Positions 1 through 8,856 of a stretch of 64,000 nucleotides of DNA are shown piece by piece. Source of the stretch: Candidatus Poribacteria bacterium (GTDB taxonomy: Bacteria; Poribacteria; WGA-4E; WGA-3G); assembly GCA_965220065.1 (NCBI GenBank), contig OZ244804.1, positions 1,344,915 through 1,408,914 on the forward strand, given 5' to 3'. Below the pieces are notes generated by a model, which was not told where the DNA came from, made no database searches, and worked only from the letters and a program-made list of their open reading frames with translations. Position 1 is the first letter of the stretch. The number at the start of each line of letters is the position of its first letter. The position numbers and the translations under genes were made by a program.

Positions 1-72
1 TTATGGCATGTCGCCGAACAGCAGTGGTTTGACACGCATCAGCGGGACACTGAAAGTCTTATTATAGGAAGA

Positions 73-1281
73 ATGGTCAAATCTCGCCAAGATGGCATCT
101 TCTCGGTAGGAGGATTGACGGGAGCAGGAATTGCTGATATTCAGCAGAAATGGATAACTTCAAATCAGATTGACAATCAATATTCAGCCTATCTCAATAA
201 GCACTCCTTTGATAAATTTTCGCCGTACATGTCCCAAACTGGTGGGCAGGGAATAGTTTTCAGTCTACTCGATAGACTGATTCCCCTATCACCTCAAATC
301 AAGTTATGGTCATTCTATGTGCTAACGGCGCTGCTCTCGGCAATCGCATTGACCGCGATTGTAGGCTGGTTCTATGAGGAGTTTGGCGGATGGGTCGCTA
401 TCTTCGTCGTAGGTTCGGCGGTACTCTCCCAATGGCTGACGGTCTTTGGTAAAAATCTGTGGTGGAGTCTGTGGGCGTTCTACCTGCCGATGATTGTCGT
501 CATGGTCCTCCTTAAACGCCACAGGGTTCCATCGAACCGTCAGTTTATCAGGTTTGGTATCCTCATCTTTATCTCGGTTCTCATTAAGTGTTTCATCAAC
601 GGTTTCGAGTACATTACGACTACGCTATTAATGATGATGACACCATGTATCTATTATGCCGTCCTTGACAGATGGAACAGGCACCAATACCTGAAATGGA
701 CGCTTGCAGCCGGACTCGGTTCGTGTGTCGCAATTTTTTTCAGTGTCGTAATATTATGTTTCCAGATCGGTGCTGCGAAGGATGGGTTCATGGACGGCGT
801 TGGGCATGTGCTCTGGTCTTTTGGTAAGCGCACTTATGCAGAACCCCAAGACTATCCGGAGGTGTATGCTGCCAGTCTTGAAGCCGGGACGATAGGAGTA
901 GTCATCACTTACGTGAACGGTATTTTCTTTGATCTCAATAACTATCTTTCTATAACGAACGCCTTCGTCTCTGACTTCCTATTGAAAATCCGCTATTATT
1001 ATCTGATAGTGCTGTTTATTGTGATGTCTGCACTGCTGTTTTGGCAGAGTAAAAAGATGATGGCAGAGCGACGACAACACTCTATTGCATTAATCTGGAC
1101 AACGTGGTTTTCGATTCTGGCACCGTTATCGTGGTTCGTTATTTTCAAGGCACATTCATATATTCATACGCACATGAGTTTTCTGCTGTGGCAGATGCCC
1201 TTTATGTTCTTCGGCTTTGCTGTGTTCGGATCTGTCGTTGTAGCATGGACGAAAAATAAAACTGAATCGAATCAAGGTTAG
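73..1281 (+). CDS. Polytopic integral membrane protein, hypothetical. The reading frame is open from window position 1 with no upstream in-frame stop, so the gene may start before the window.
   Basis: 402-aa ORF with about 9-10 hydrophobic segments. No recognisable catalytic motif. Confidence 0.45.
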   Translation: MVKSRQDGIFSVGGLTGAGIADIQQKWITSNQIDNQYSAYLNKHSFDKFSPYMSQTGGQGIVFSLLDRLIPLSPQIKLWSFYVLTALLSAIALTAIVGWFYEEFGGWVAIFVVGSAVLSQWLTVFGKNLWWSLWAFYLPMIVVMVLLKRHRVPSNRQFIRFGILIFISVLIKCFINGFEYITTTLLMMMTPCIYYAVLDRWNRHQYLKWTLAAGLGSCVAIFFSVVILCFQIGAAKDGFMDGVGHVLWSFGKRTYAEPQDYPEVYAASLEAGTIGVVITYVNGIFFDLNNYLSITNAFVSDFLLKIRYYYLIVLFIVMSALLFWQSKKMMAERRQHSIALIWTTWFSILAPLSWFVIFKAHSYIHTHMSFLLWQMPFMFFGFAVFGSVVVAWTKNKTESNQG

Positions 1282-1423
1282 GTGGCATTGAAGAGAAAGA
1301 AGAGGACCTTATTTGAAAGGTAAAGAACTTAATGTACTATCGATTTGTAAAATAAAACGCAAAAACAATTAGCACAAGTCGTTAATGTAACGCTGATATG
1401 GTGTGTGCGGAGATAGGTAAAAG

Positions 1424-3649
1424 ATGGCAAAACTTACATCAATTTTGGGAAGTGTGTTATTTCTCGTACATGCAGCTTTTGGGCAAACAACAGGCCAGAT
1501 TTTAGGAACTGTAACGGATGAAGCAACTCAGGAACCACTTGCTGGTGTCAAAATTGTTATCGTGGAAACCACATTGGAAACAATGACCGGTAAGGACGGT
1601 TCTTACAAGCTGATCGATGTCCCCCCTGGACAGTATGAAATCAAAATCAGTCGGATTGGATATGAATCGGTATCTTTAAGTGCCACCGTTTCTCTCAATG
1701 AAGGTGCCAAACTCGATATTTCCCTAAGTGAATCAATTATATCTATGCCCAAAGTCGTTGTGTCATCCGAAAAGTTAGCTGAGAGAACTTCTGTCAGTGA
1801 TATGGCACTGACGAAACGGATGTTGCAATCCAGACATGGCCTGATAGAGGACCCCATACGTGTCATTCAGACAATGCCAGGGGTAACGACACCGGGTGAT
1901 CTATTTTCACCTTCTCAAATTTACATCCGAGGAGGTGCTCCAGAGGAAAATCTTTTCATGCTTGATTGGGTTAGGGTGTACTGGCCCTGGTATTTTGGCG
2001 GGATGAAATCCATTTACAACACAGATATTGTGGAAACCGTTGAACTCTTGACGGGCGGTTTTCCTGCGAAATATGGTAACGCGCTTTCGTCGGTATTGAG
2101 TATAACCACCCGCGAGGGGAATCGGGAACGAATTTCTGGAGATTTTTCCTTCGGTTTTATAAATACTCACGGGCGCATAGAGGGACCCCTCACATCAAAG
2201 GCATCTTATCTCGTTACTGGTCGCCGCACCTACCTTGATCTAATACTCAAGGAAAGTGCTGAGTTTCCTGTACCATCTTTCGCCGACTTTAACTTCAAGT
2301 TCAGTTACGAACCAGCCGCTGGACATCACATTGACGTGAATGGTTTTCTATCCGAGGAAAATGTTGACTTTATCGCTGCCCATCCGGACCCAGGTTCACC
2401 GGATAGGATCCTAACAGATGGCAACTTAAATACCCAGAGCATTGAATGGAAGGCACTCTTCAACGCTAATCTTTACTCCAGGTTGTCCTTACTTCGAGCG
2501 CAGCCGACGTACAGTGTGGGAGTTGGGAGAAACCTTAATTTTCAGATTGATGGATCAACGATTGGAGTTCGAGAAGACTTGACCTGGGGACTTCATCCAA
2601 ATCACGAGTTAAAGACAGGTTTTGAACTAACACAGACGACATTTGAGACATCAGGGAACATCCCCCTGGACCCCTCGGAGATTGATCCAACAGATATCTC
2701 TGTCCAATTGACCTCCTACGATTTTTCACAAAACACATGGTCCGGCGGCGGCTATCTACAGGATTCATGGGAACTCCTTCCGGTGTTAATCTTGGCTGGA
2801 GGAGGGAGATTTGATTATTTTTCCCTCAACGAGAAGACAGACCTGTCTCCCAGGTTCTCCATACACTATAAACTGGATTCAAAAACTGCCCTGCGGGGAG
2901 CTTGGGGGTATTATTATCAATTTCCGAATTCGCAGGACATCAACAGAGCACCTGAGCTTCAATCCTCACTGGCGATTCATTATATCGTCGGAATTAGTCG
3001 TGAATTTAATAATGCATTTCACGGATGGGTTGAGGTTTACCAGAAGGACTATCAAAATTTGGTCGTGGTCAATACTCTGGAAGATTATTCAAACGATGGG
3101 CACGGATTTGCTAGAGGAATTGAATTTTTCCTACGAAAGAAAACCGGTTCACTCGTGGGTTGGCTGAGTTACGCCCTGTCGGTGGCAAAACGCAAGTGGT
3201 ACTTAGACACACAAGAATATGATTTCGACTTTGATCAACGGCATCTTTTATCATTAACACTTTCATACAATTTTTCCGAATCTTACAAGTCGAAGTGGTA
3301 TATGCCCGCTGTTATCGCATTAACATCTCGATATGCCAGTGGCCGTCCCTACACTCCTATTGTCTCTGCCGGAAGAAATCTAAACGGTGGATGGGTGCCG
3401 GTCAGAGGAGAAACCAACTCCCGTCGTTTTTCATCTTTCGAGAATCTCAATTTGAGAGTGGAATGGCAATTTTCGATGAGCCGTAAACTTCAAGCCACCT
3501 CCTTCATTGAGATATGGAATGTGTCTAATCGTAGAAATGTCCTCGGATTCAGTTATCAATATGGCGAGGAATATCTGAATAATGTAAACGCTCAACCCTA
3601 TTACACAACACCATTCCTACTGGCAGGTGGTTTCAGCATTGGGTTTTAA
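1424..3649 (+). CDS. TonB-dependent-receptor-like outer-membrane beta-barrel with an N-terminal carboxypeptidase-regulatory-like domain
   Basis: Signal peptide. N-terminal 'GQTTGQILGTVTDEATQEPLAGVKIVIVE...KDGSYKLIDVPPGQYEIKISRIGY' (CarbopepD_reg-like), followed by plug-like and barrel regions. The C-terminus ends '...GGFSIGF', i.e. a terminal aromatic residue typical of OMPs. Confidence 0.65.
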   Translation: MAKLTSILGSVLFLVHAAFGQTTGQILGTVTDEATQEPLAGVKIVIVETTLETMTGKDGSYKLIDVPPGQYEIKISRIGYESVSLSATVSLNEGAKLDISLSESIISMPKVVVSSEKLAERTSVSDMALTKRMLQSRHGLIEDPIRVIQTMPGVTTPGDLFSPSQIYIRGGAPEENLFMLDWVRVYWPWYFGGMKSIYNTDIVETVELLTGGFPAKYGNALSSVLSITTREGNRERISGDFSFGFINTHGRIEGPLTSKASYLVTGRRTYLDLILKESAEFPVPSFADFNFKFSYEPAAGHHIDVNGFLSEENVDFIAAHPDPGSPDRILTDGNLNTQSIEWKALFNANLYSRLSLLRAQPTYSVGVGRNLNFQIDGSTIGVREDLTWGLHPNHELKTGFELTQTTFETSGNIPLDPSEIDPTDISVQLTSYDFSQNTWSGGGYLQDSWELLPVLILAGGGRFDYFSLNEKTDLSPRFSIHYKLDSKTALRGAWGYYYQFPNSQDINRAPELQSSLAIHYIVGISREFNNAFHGWVEVYQKDYQNLVVVNTLEDYSNDGHGFARGIEFFLRKKTGSLVGWLSYALSVAKRKWYLDTQEYDFDFDQRHLLSLTLSYNFSESYKSKWYMPAVIALTSRYASGRPYTPIVSAGRNLNGGWVPVRGETNSRRFSSFENLNLRVEWQFSMSRKLQATSFIEIWNVSNRRNVLGFSYQYGEEYLNNVNAQPYYTTPFLLAGGFSIGF

Positions 3650-3687
3650 CCGACGAAGGAAACAGGAAAAAGTAGTATGGAGGATGT

Positions 3688-5508
3688 ATGAGCATTGCTA
3701 ATCGATTGGATCGGTGGGTTGGTAGAGACCGATTGCGTCCCAACGAAATAGATGACAATCGCTTTTTAAAAGCGGTGAGTCTCTTCGCAGATACGGCTAT
3801 ACAATACGGACGAGATAGGTACAGTGGTAAAGATATGCCGCTCTTTGCCGATTGCCTCCATACCGACCATTTGAAAGCACCCAGATCCATGACGTCTCAT
3901 CGCACCGGCACAGAGCCGAAACCAGCGGTCTGGAGTTTCTTTCAAAATCAGCAGAACCTAATGCGGTTGCTGGCTTCTTTAAGTCAGTTCACTGGGGATG
4001 GCAAATATGTCTACGCCGCCGGAGAAGCCGCCGAATACATGTTCAGCAATTACTGGTATCCAGAAAGTGGCGTTCTGCATTGGGGCGGACACGGCTATGT
4101 CGACTTAGTAACCGGGAATAGGTACGGGATGAAGGGTGTTGTCCACGAGATAGAGGACGTATACCCCTACTGGGAATTGCTGAGAGCCGTGAATCCTGAC
4201 CGGGGCGAGATGTTGATGAAAGGGATTTGGGAAGCGAATATCAAGGATTGGGATGCCTTACACTACAACCGACACGGCGATTTCAGAAAGCAGGTCGCTC
4301 ATGCCAAGACTTGGAACAGACCGTGGGATGGATACAAGGCACCCGAAATCAGTGCGGATCTCTCGTTTATCAGTGTGGCACTGGATCTGGCTTACGCCGC
4401 GTATAGCTTAGGTTATCAAAAGCAGGAGGAGGCACCGCGGATTTGGGGCGAACGCCTCTTAAATCTGATTATACAACAGCGGGATCCAGAGACCGGCATC
4501 TGGCCCAATCTGGTGCATCCGCAAAGTGACAAACGCGGGCTTAACATATTCGGCAGAAAATATCCGCAGGCGACCGAGCCGAGAGTCTATGTCGGCAATC
4601 AGTTGAACCACACCATCACCCAGATGATGGGTATGCTGACAATCGTAGAAAATGCCGAAAAGTATGGACGGATCGGCGAAATGGCGCACATCAAAGAGGC
4701 GGTTGAGCAACACATCATCGGTTTCCTAAACGCCTCCTACGATCCGAAAAACAACACGCTGAAAAGCATTGTTATTGATGGAACGGATCTGACAGGTTTT
4801 CGGATAAAGGGACCCTTCAGGATAGAGAAGCTTTACTTTGGCGCGAAAGAAGGCGGCGCATTTCTGCCGCAGAACATCACACCGCTCTTTACCGCCGTCT
4901 GTGCGCGTGGGTATCGGGTTTCTGGGGGAAAAAGTGCGTTCAGAGACTACCTACGCACGATGTTTAAAGCCTTCGGACTCGGGGACGTCGGTGCTGACAA
5001 AAATAGTCAACCGCTGTTGAACCTTGATACAACCGCCTTGGAACCCGCTTATATCTTCGCTCTGGTGGATCTGTACCGTATAGAGCCGAAGACAGAATTT
5101 CTGGCGATGGCGGAGCGAATCGGAGATAACCTACTTCAAGGTAGACAACACCCCGATAGCGGACTTTTTACACTCGAAGATGACTTTACTCTCTACAGCA
5201 AGATCATGGATAGACCGGAATTGCAGGAGGCTCATGAAGGAAAAACCGTGATTGAGATTTTGGAGGACAGTCATAAAACAGCGAATCTGGATGCAATGGA
5301 GCCGTTGGCACTGCTCAGCATCTACGCCGCACAAACCGGACGGTACGACATCATACCTGGATGGACAGCGGGTGGACTCTACCTCAAGGTGAGCAGTGTC
5401 GGCCATATTGTAGGCAAAGAGATACAGTTGTGGTTTGATAAGCCAGCACTCAAGCAATTTTACAAAGACAGTAATATCAACTGCACTTGGTCTATTGACG
5501 AAGAGTGA
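3688..5508 (+). CDS. Hypothetical 606-aa protein. It may be a glycan-active enzyme (lyase/hydrolase-like), but the family is not recognised.
   Basis: GGAGG RBS then ATG. Starts 39 bp after the OMP gene, so it is probably co-transcribed. No signal peptide. Motif 'HWGGHGYVDL'. Confidence 0.45.
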   Translation: MSIANRLDRWVGRDRLRPNEIDDNRFLKAVSLFADTAIQYGRDRYSGKDMPLFADCLHTDHLKAPRSMTSHRTGTEPKPAVWSFFQNQQNLMRLLASLSQFTGDGKYVYAAGEAAEYMFSNYWYPESGVLHWGGHGYVDLVTGNRYGMKGVVHEIEDVYPYWELLRAVNPDRGEMLMKGIWEANIKDWDALHYNRHGDFRKQVAHAKTWNRPWDGYKAPEISADLSFISVALDLAYAAYSLGYQKQEEAPRIWGERLLNLIIQQRDPETGIWPNLVHPQSDKRGLNIFGRKYPQATEPRVYVGNQLNHTITQMMGMLTIVENAEKYGRIGEMAHIKEAVEQHIIGFLNASYDPKNNTLKSIVIDGTDLTGFRIKGPFRIEKLYFGAKEGGAFLPQNITPLFTAVCARGYRVSGGKSAFRDYLRTMFKAFGLGDVGADKNSQPLLNLDTTALEPAYIFALVDLYRIEPKTEFLAMAERIGDNLLQGRQHPDSGLFTLEDDFTLYSKIMDRPELQEAHEGKTVIEILEDSHKTANLDAMEPLALLSIYAAQTGRYDIIPGWTAGGLYLKVSSVGHIVGKEIQLWFDKPALKQFYKDSNINCTWSIDEE

Positions 5509-5641
5509 GCCAAACAGGTCATTAAATTCCACACACATTCCCTTAGAATATCCAGCACAGCAGCAAAAAACTTGTAGGGCAAGCACTATACCTGAACCCT
5601 ACAAGTTTTAGTAAGCACTGCATCCAGAACGAAATCTATTT

Positions 5642-6052
5642 TCACTGTGAATAATCGTTCCGTTTTGCTGGATCCTCCGTGAAGTACTCGACGAATTCCC
5701 ATTCAAAACCATCCGCATCAATGAAATAGATCCGCTTTCGGTGGGGATGGGGTTCGACTTTGTAACCTTCTTTATATCCAGCAGCGAGCATACGCTCCCG
5801 AATACCTTCAGCGTCATCGACAGAAAAACCGAGATGGTTCACATAGGTCCCTTCCCGGTTACCTGTAAACGGATGCTTGCGGTCTGACAAGGCAATGTAA
5901 AAATCGTCAGTCCCAAGATGACACCATTTCGTTCCGTTCGCATTATCACCACCGCCCCTGACTCGGAAATCTGGAAAGGCAGTTGTTAGAAAATCGATCG
6001 CTTTTTCAAGGTCATTCACGCTCATGTTGGCGTGTTCGAGATAACGGTTCAT
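5642..6052 (-). CDS. VOC (glyoxalase / bleomycin-resistance / dioxygenase) family protein
   Basis: 'MNRYLEHANMSVNDLEKAIDFLTTAFPDFRVRGGG...' The start was reassigned to the ATG at 6052, which is preceded by GGAGGA. The ORF-track start at 6082 is a TTG. Confidence 0.7.
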   Translation of the reverse strand: MNRYLEHANMSVNDLEKAIDFLTTAFPDFRVRGGGDNANGTKWCHLGTDDFYIALSDRKHPFTGNREGTYVNHLGFSVDDAEGIRERMLAAGYKEGYKVEPHPHRKRIYFIDADGFEWEFVEYFTEDPAKRNDYSQ

Positions 6053-6090
6053 TTTTAAATCCTCCTGGAATTGAAAGTTCAATTGTATGC

Positions 6091-6108
6091 TATAGTTTGG
6101 ACAAATCC
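6091..6108. promoter_or_regulatory. 18-bp motif TATAGTTTGGACAAATCC (copy 1), about 40 nt upstream of the VOC start. Candidate operator shared with the Rieske gene.
   Basis: An exact 18-mer copy occurs at 8164-8181. The core TTTGTCCAAA is a 10-bp near-palindrome. Confidence 0.35.
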
Positions 6109-6235
6109 TTGGAAATTTTAGGGGTGCAATGAAGTTGGAAAATCTTCGACAATGTGAATTTTCAACGAATTTCCGTTCAACCCAACCTACGAAAGAAAAG
6201 TCGAACTCATGTTAGTGTATAATGCAAGAACGACA

Positions 6236-8077
6236 TCAATCGTCGTTGCGTTCACTTAGCAACTCGCCTCGTGCGAGCCGTTCTGCGTTTTCCGTAGACC
6301 ACAAGATATTCTTCATCAACTTCTGCGCAGTAATGTAGCGGGTCGCTGCCAATAGATGCATTCGCTGTTCTTCCACATCAACCGACAACTCATAATGTCG
6401 GAATGCGACTTCCAGTACTTGGAACATGTGCAGTTCTGCATCTTCGCGGAGTAGGATGTGTGAGAGTGCTTGCTTCAATGGCGTAATCTCATGTCCCTCT
6501 TCCAGATACTGATTCACCAGAATTTCTGCCTCATAGACTTTCTGGAAGTCCGCAAACTCTTGTAGCCTTTTCAGCATCTTATCAACGGAGTCATAGGTTT
6601 CATCAAGTCGCTGTCCCGGTTTCGGTATACGGGCAGCAGGCATGTTCAACCAACGCAGATATGACAAGAAAACGACACCGTGAAAAATACCACGCAGTAA
6701 GTGGGCACTCGGTGCATAATCAAAGGCGTGGTAAAGCGCGTGCGCGTAAGAGTAAATATTCGCTACATCGTGCCAATCGCCTTCGTTCTTTAGATGAAAA
6801 CGAGCCGTCCGAATCGCAGAAGCGTAGGTCATTGCTCGGCAGATGTCTCTCGGATTCACACCCGCACGAAGTTTTTCTTCGACAGCAACAACAATCGGCT
6901 CGAAATCGTCACCGAGGAGCGTCTGTGTAAACGCTGAAATATCGAGTTTTGCTTCGTTGGCTTGGTTGTCCTGCCAGATACTATCAAGTCGCTCAAAGAG
7001 AGATTCTAACACAGGCACGGCGTCTGCCCAACGTGAAGTCTCCTCATGGCGGGTTCGGCTCACCAGATCGACAATAATCGGGCGTAAAATTTCGTGTGCC
7101 CCTTGCCAGTCGACATAATCTAACGCCTCGAACATCTTGTTGGCAAAATCGAGGGCATGCCCATCGCCCGTAAAGTAGAAGTCGGTCGCCGCAGTGTAGA
7201 CGAAATCTGCGATCACCGATTTATCGTAGCCGCGGTCATTAAGTGTCAACAAAATGCGTTCTGCTGCCCCTGAATGCCGTTTATCCACAAAGTAGCGGAA
7301 CCATCGCTTGAGTGTTTCAAGGTTGTGTTCCTCACTCATTGCAGGGAATGGTGCACGATAAGGGCGAGAGCTTCCTGTTGTTCGACGACTAATCTGAGTT
7401 AAGCCGTGTACGAGAAATAGGTTGTGATCATTTGGGTCTACATCGTCCCATAAGTTTGCAGCCAAGGTAAGAATAGCGACACCAGACGACCATCCCTCGC
7501 TACTCTTGTGTGCGCCGTAGTGGAGTCCTTGATGAATAATTTCACTGGGTGCCGCGCCCGCGTCTCGAAGTGCAGTGACGGCTTTTGCGATAAAGAAGGT
7601 GCTGCGGTCTTTGAGTCCTCGTTCAAGTGCCCGCTTGCCGCGGTCAATGACACGTCGTTTTGCCGCCTCTCGCTCTCCTTTTGCCAATCCGACATATAGG
7701 TGACCGTCATCTCGCAGTTCGACGGGAAAGGCTTTGAGGTCATCGCCGAAAGCCTGAAAGCATCCGCCGGATTTGAGGTCAAATTCCCAGTGATGCCAGT
7801 GGCAGATCAGTACCCCATCTCGGATACTGCCTTTGGACATAGGATACCCCATGTGTGGGCATCGGTTATCAACAGCGTAAAATTTATCTTGGTATTTGAA
7901 AACAGCCAAGTGTGTGCCGTTGATATGGAATGGCTTACCTTCCACTTCTTGAAACTCATCAGGGCGACAGAGTTGATGGTATTCAAGCTCGGTTTTCTCT
8001 ACCACTTCTACGGGAAGTGGATCAAAGTGAATCGAACCGGCACCGGTTTCTTCAGGTGTAAAGGTTGAAGTACGCAC
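6236..8077 (-). CDS. Rieske [2Fe-2S] domain protein with a ~480-aa C-terminal helical domain of unknown function
   Basis: Rieske ligand motifs 'CPHMG...(17 aa)...CHWHHW'. GTG start preceded by GGAGG. No Rieske-oxygenase alpha-subunit catalytic domain. Confidence 0.7.
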   Translation of the reverse strand: MRTSTFTPEETGAGSIHFDPLPVEVVEKTELEYHQLCRPDEFQEVEGKPFHINGTHLAVFKYQDKFYAVDNRCPHMGYPMSKGSIRDGVLICHWHHWEFDLKSGGCFQAFGDDLKAFPVELRDDGHLYVGLAKGEREAAKRRVIDRGKRALERGLKDRSTFFIAKAVTALRDAGAAPSEIIHQGLHYGAHKSSEGWSSGVAILTLAANLWDDVDPNDHNLFLVHGLTQISRRTTGSSRPYRAPFPAMSEEHNLETLKRWFRYFVDKRHSGAAERILLTLNDRGYDKSVIADFVYTAATDFYFTGDGHALDFANKMFEALDYVDWQGAHEILRPIIVDLVSRTRHEETSRWADAVPVLESLFERLDSIWQDNQANEAKLDISAFTQTLLGDDFEPIVVAVEEKLRAGVNPRDICRAMTYASAIRTARFHLKNEGDWHDVANIYSYAHALYHAFDYAPSAHLLRGIFHGVVFLSYLRWLNMPAARIPKPGQRLDETYDSVDKMLKRLQEFADFQKVYEAEILVNQYLEEGHEITPLKQALSHILLREDAELHMFQVLEVAFRHYELSVDVEEQRMHLLAATRYITAQKLMKNILWSTENAERLARGELLSERNDD

Positions 8078-8163
8078 GATTTACCTCCTGACACGTAGTG
8101 TCCAATTCAAGGACATTCGGTGTAAAGTTTTTCATTCTTTATTTCGTCCTGACTATAATTATC

Positions 8164-8181
8164 TATAGTTTGGACAAATCC
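8164..8181. promoter_or_regulatory. 18-bp motif TATAGTTTGGACAAATCC (copy 2), about 85 nt upstream of the Rieske-protein start
   Basis: Identical to 6091-6108. A degenerate inverted partial copy lies at 8407-8432 (ATTGTCCAAAG...TATAG). Confidence 0.35.
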
Positions 8182-8287
8182 AATGAGGTTGCTGCCCGAT
8201 TCTCATGGCTTTTCTGATTTTTCTTCGGTTTCTATAGAAAACCCCAACTCGTGGAAAATAAACCTGAATCTGAAAGAGCGTCAGCCC

Positions 8288-8391
8288 CCGGTGAATGCCA
8301 TAGGGAACCTTCATACCGTTGATTCCGGGATGAAATGTGTGTAGAAACGCCCTGTCCCCCAAGGTCTAAGCCTCCGGTGAATGCCATAAGG
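8288..8391. promoter_or_regulatory. Pair of direct repeats CCGGTGAATGCCATA(G/A)GG spaced 86 bp apart, in the Rieske/bEBP divergent control region
   Basis: Copies at 8288-8305 and 8374-8391. A related palindromic variant CCGATGAATGCCACACGCGCATTC lies at 51006-51029. Confidence 0.3.
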
Positions 8392-8684
8392 TGTATCCCT
8401 CTAAAAATTGTCCAAAGCTTAGAATTGTATAGTCTAACTCAAATCGGGTTAGCTACCTTTTGCCTTACAATGGTAGAGCAAGTTTGATGCCAAGTGTTCA
8501 GGTTCCTATACAATTGAGATATATCAATGTTTTACAGGGCAAAATGAAATTTCAGATTTTACCGATATATTTCAAATCTGAAACAAAACCGGAGTTAATT
8601 GCTGAGGGAGCTTAGAAATAGGACTGACGCAAAATTGAATTGAAACGCCTATCTTCGGATAGCACAAAGGGTTCCTATCACGGG

Positions 8685-8713
8685 CCCGGTGTGGTTACAA
8701 ACCGCACCTACCA
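8685..8713. repeat. REP-like hairpin, family 2 (CCGGTGYGGTTNNNAACCGCACCTACC), copy 1
   Basis: Near-perfect 9-bp stem GGTGTGGTT/AACCGCACC. Related copies at 15096-15125 (inverted) and 54661-54690. Confidence 0.5.
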
Positions 8714-8785
8714 GCGGAGTATGTAAGTGTTAAAAATATAGGTTATTGCACAAATGAAACAATTTTCATTTATGAAACAAAATTC

Positions 8786-8814
8786 TTGACATTCGCTTTA
8801 TCCTGTGATAATCT
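8786..8814 (+). promoter_or_regulatory. Putative sigma-70 promoter for the Rieske-bEBP gene
   Basis: TTGACA (8786-8791), then a 15-17 nt spacer, then tgTGATAATCT, an extended -10-like box. About 45 nt upstream of the ATG at 8857. Confidence 0.35.
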
Positions 8815-8856
8815 GTAACCTATAGATAACGAATTCTATTCACGCGTGGAGGGAAA

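Noticed and set aside
1603-3486. Several 60-120-aa ORFs on both strands inside the OMP gene (1603-1866, 1907-2170, 2535-2768, 2811-3167, 3295-3486).
   Set aside because: They lie entirely within a well-supported 741-aa coding region and have no RBS or conservation signal.
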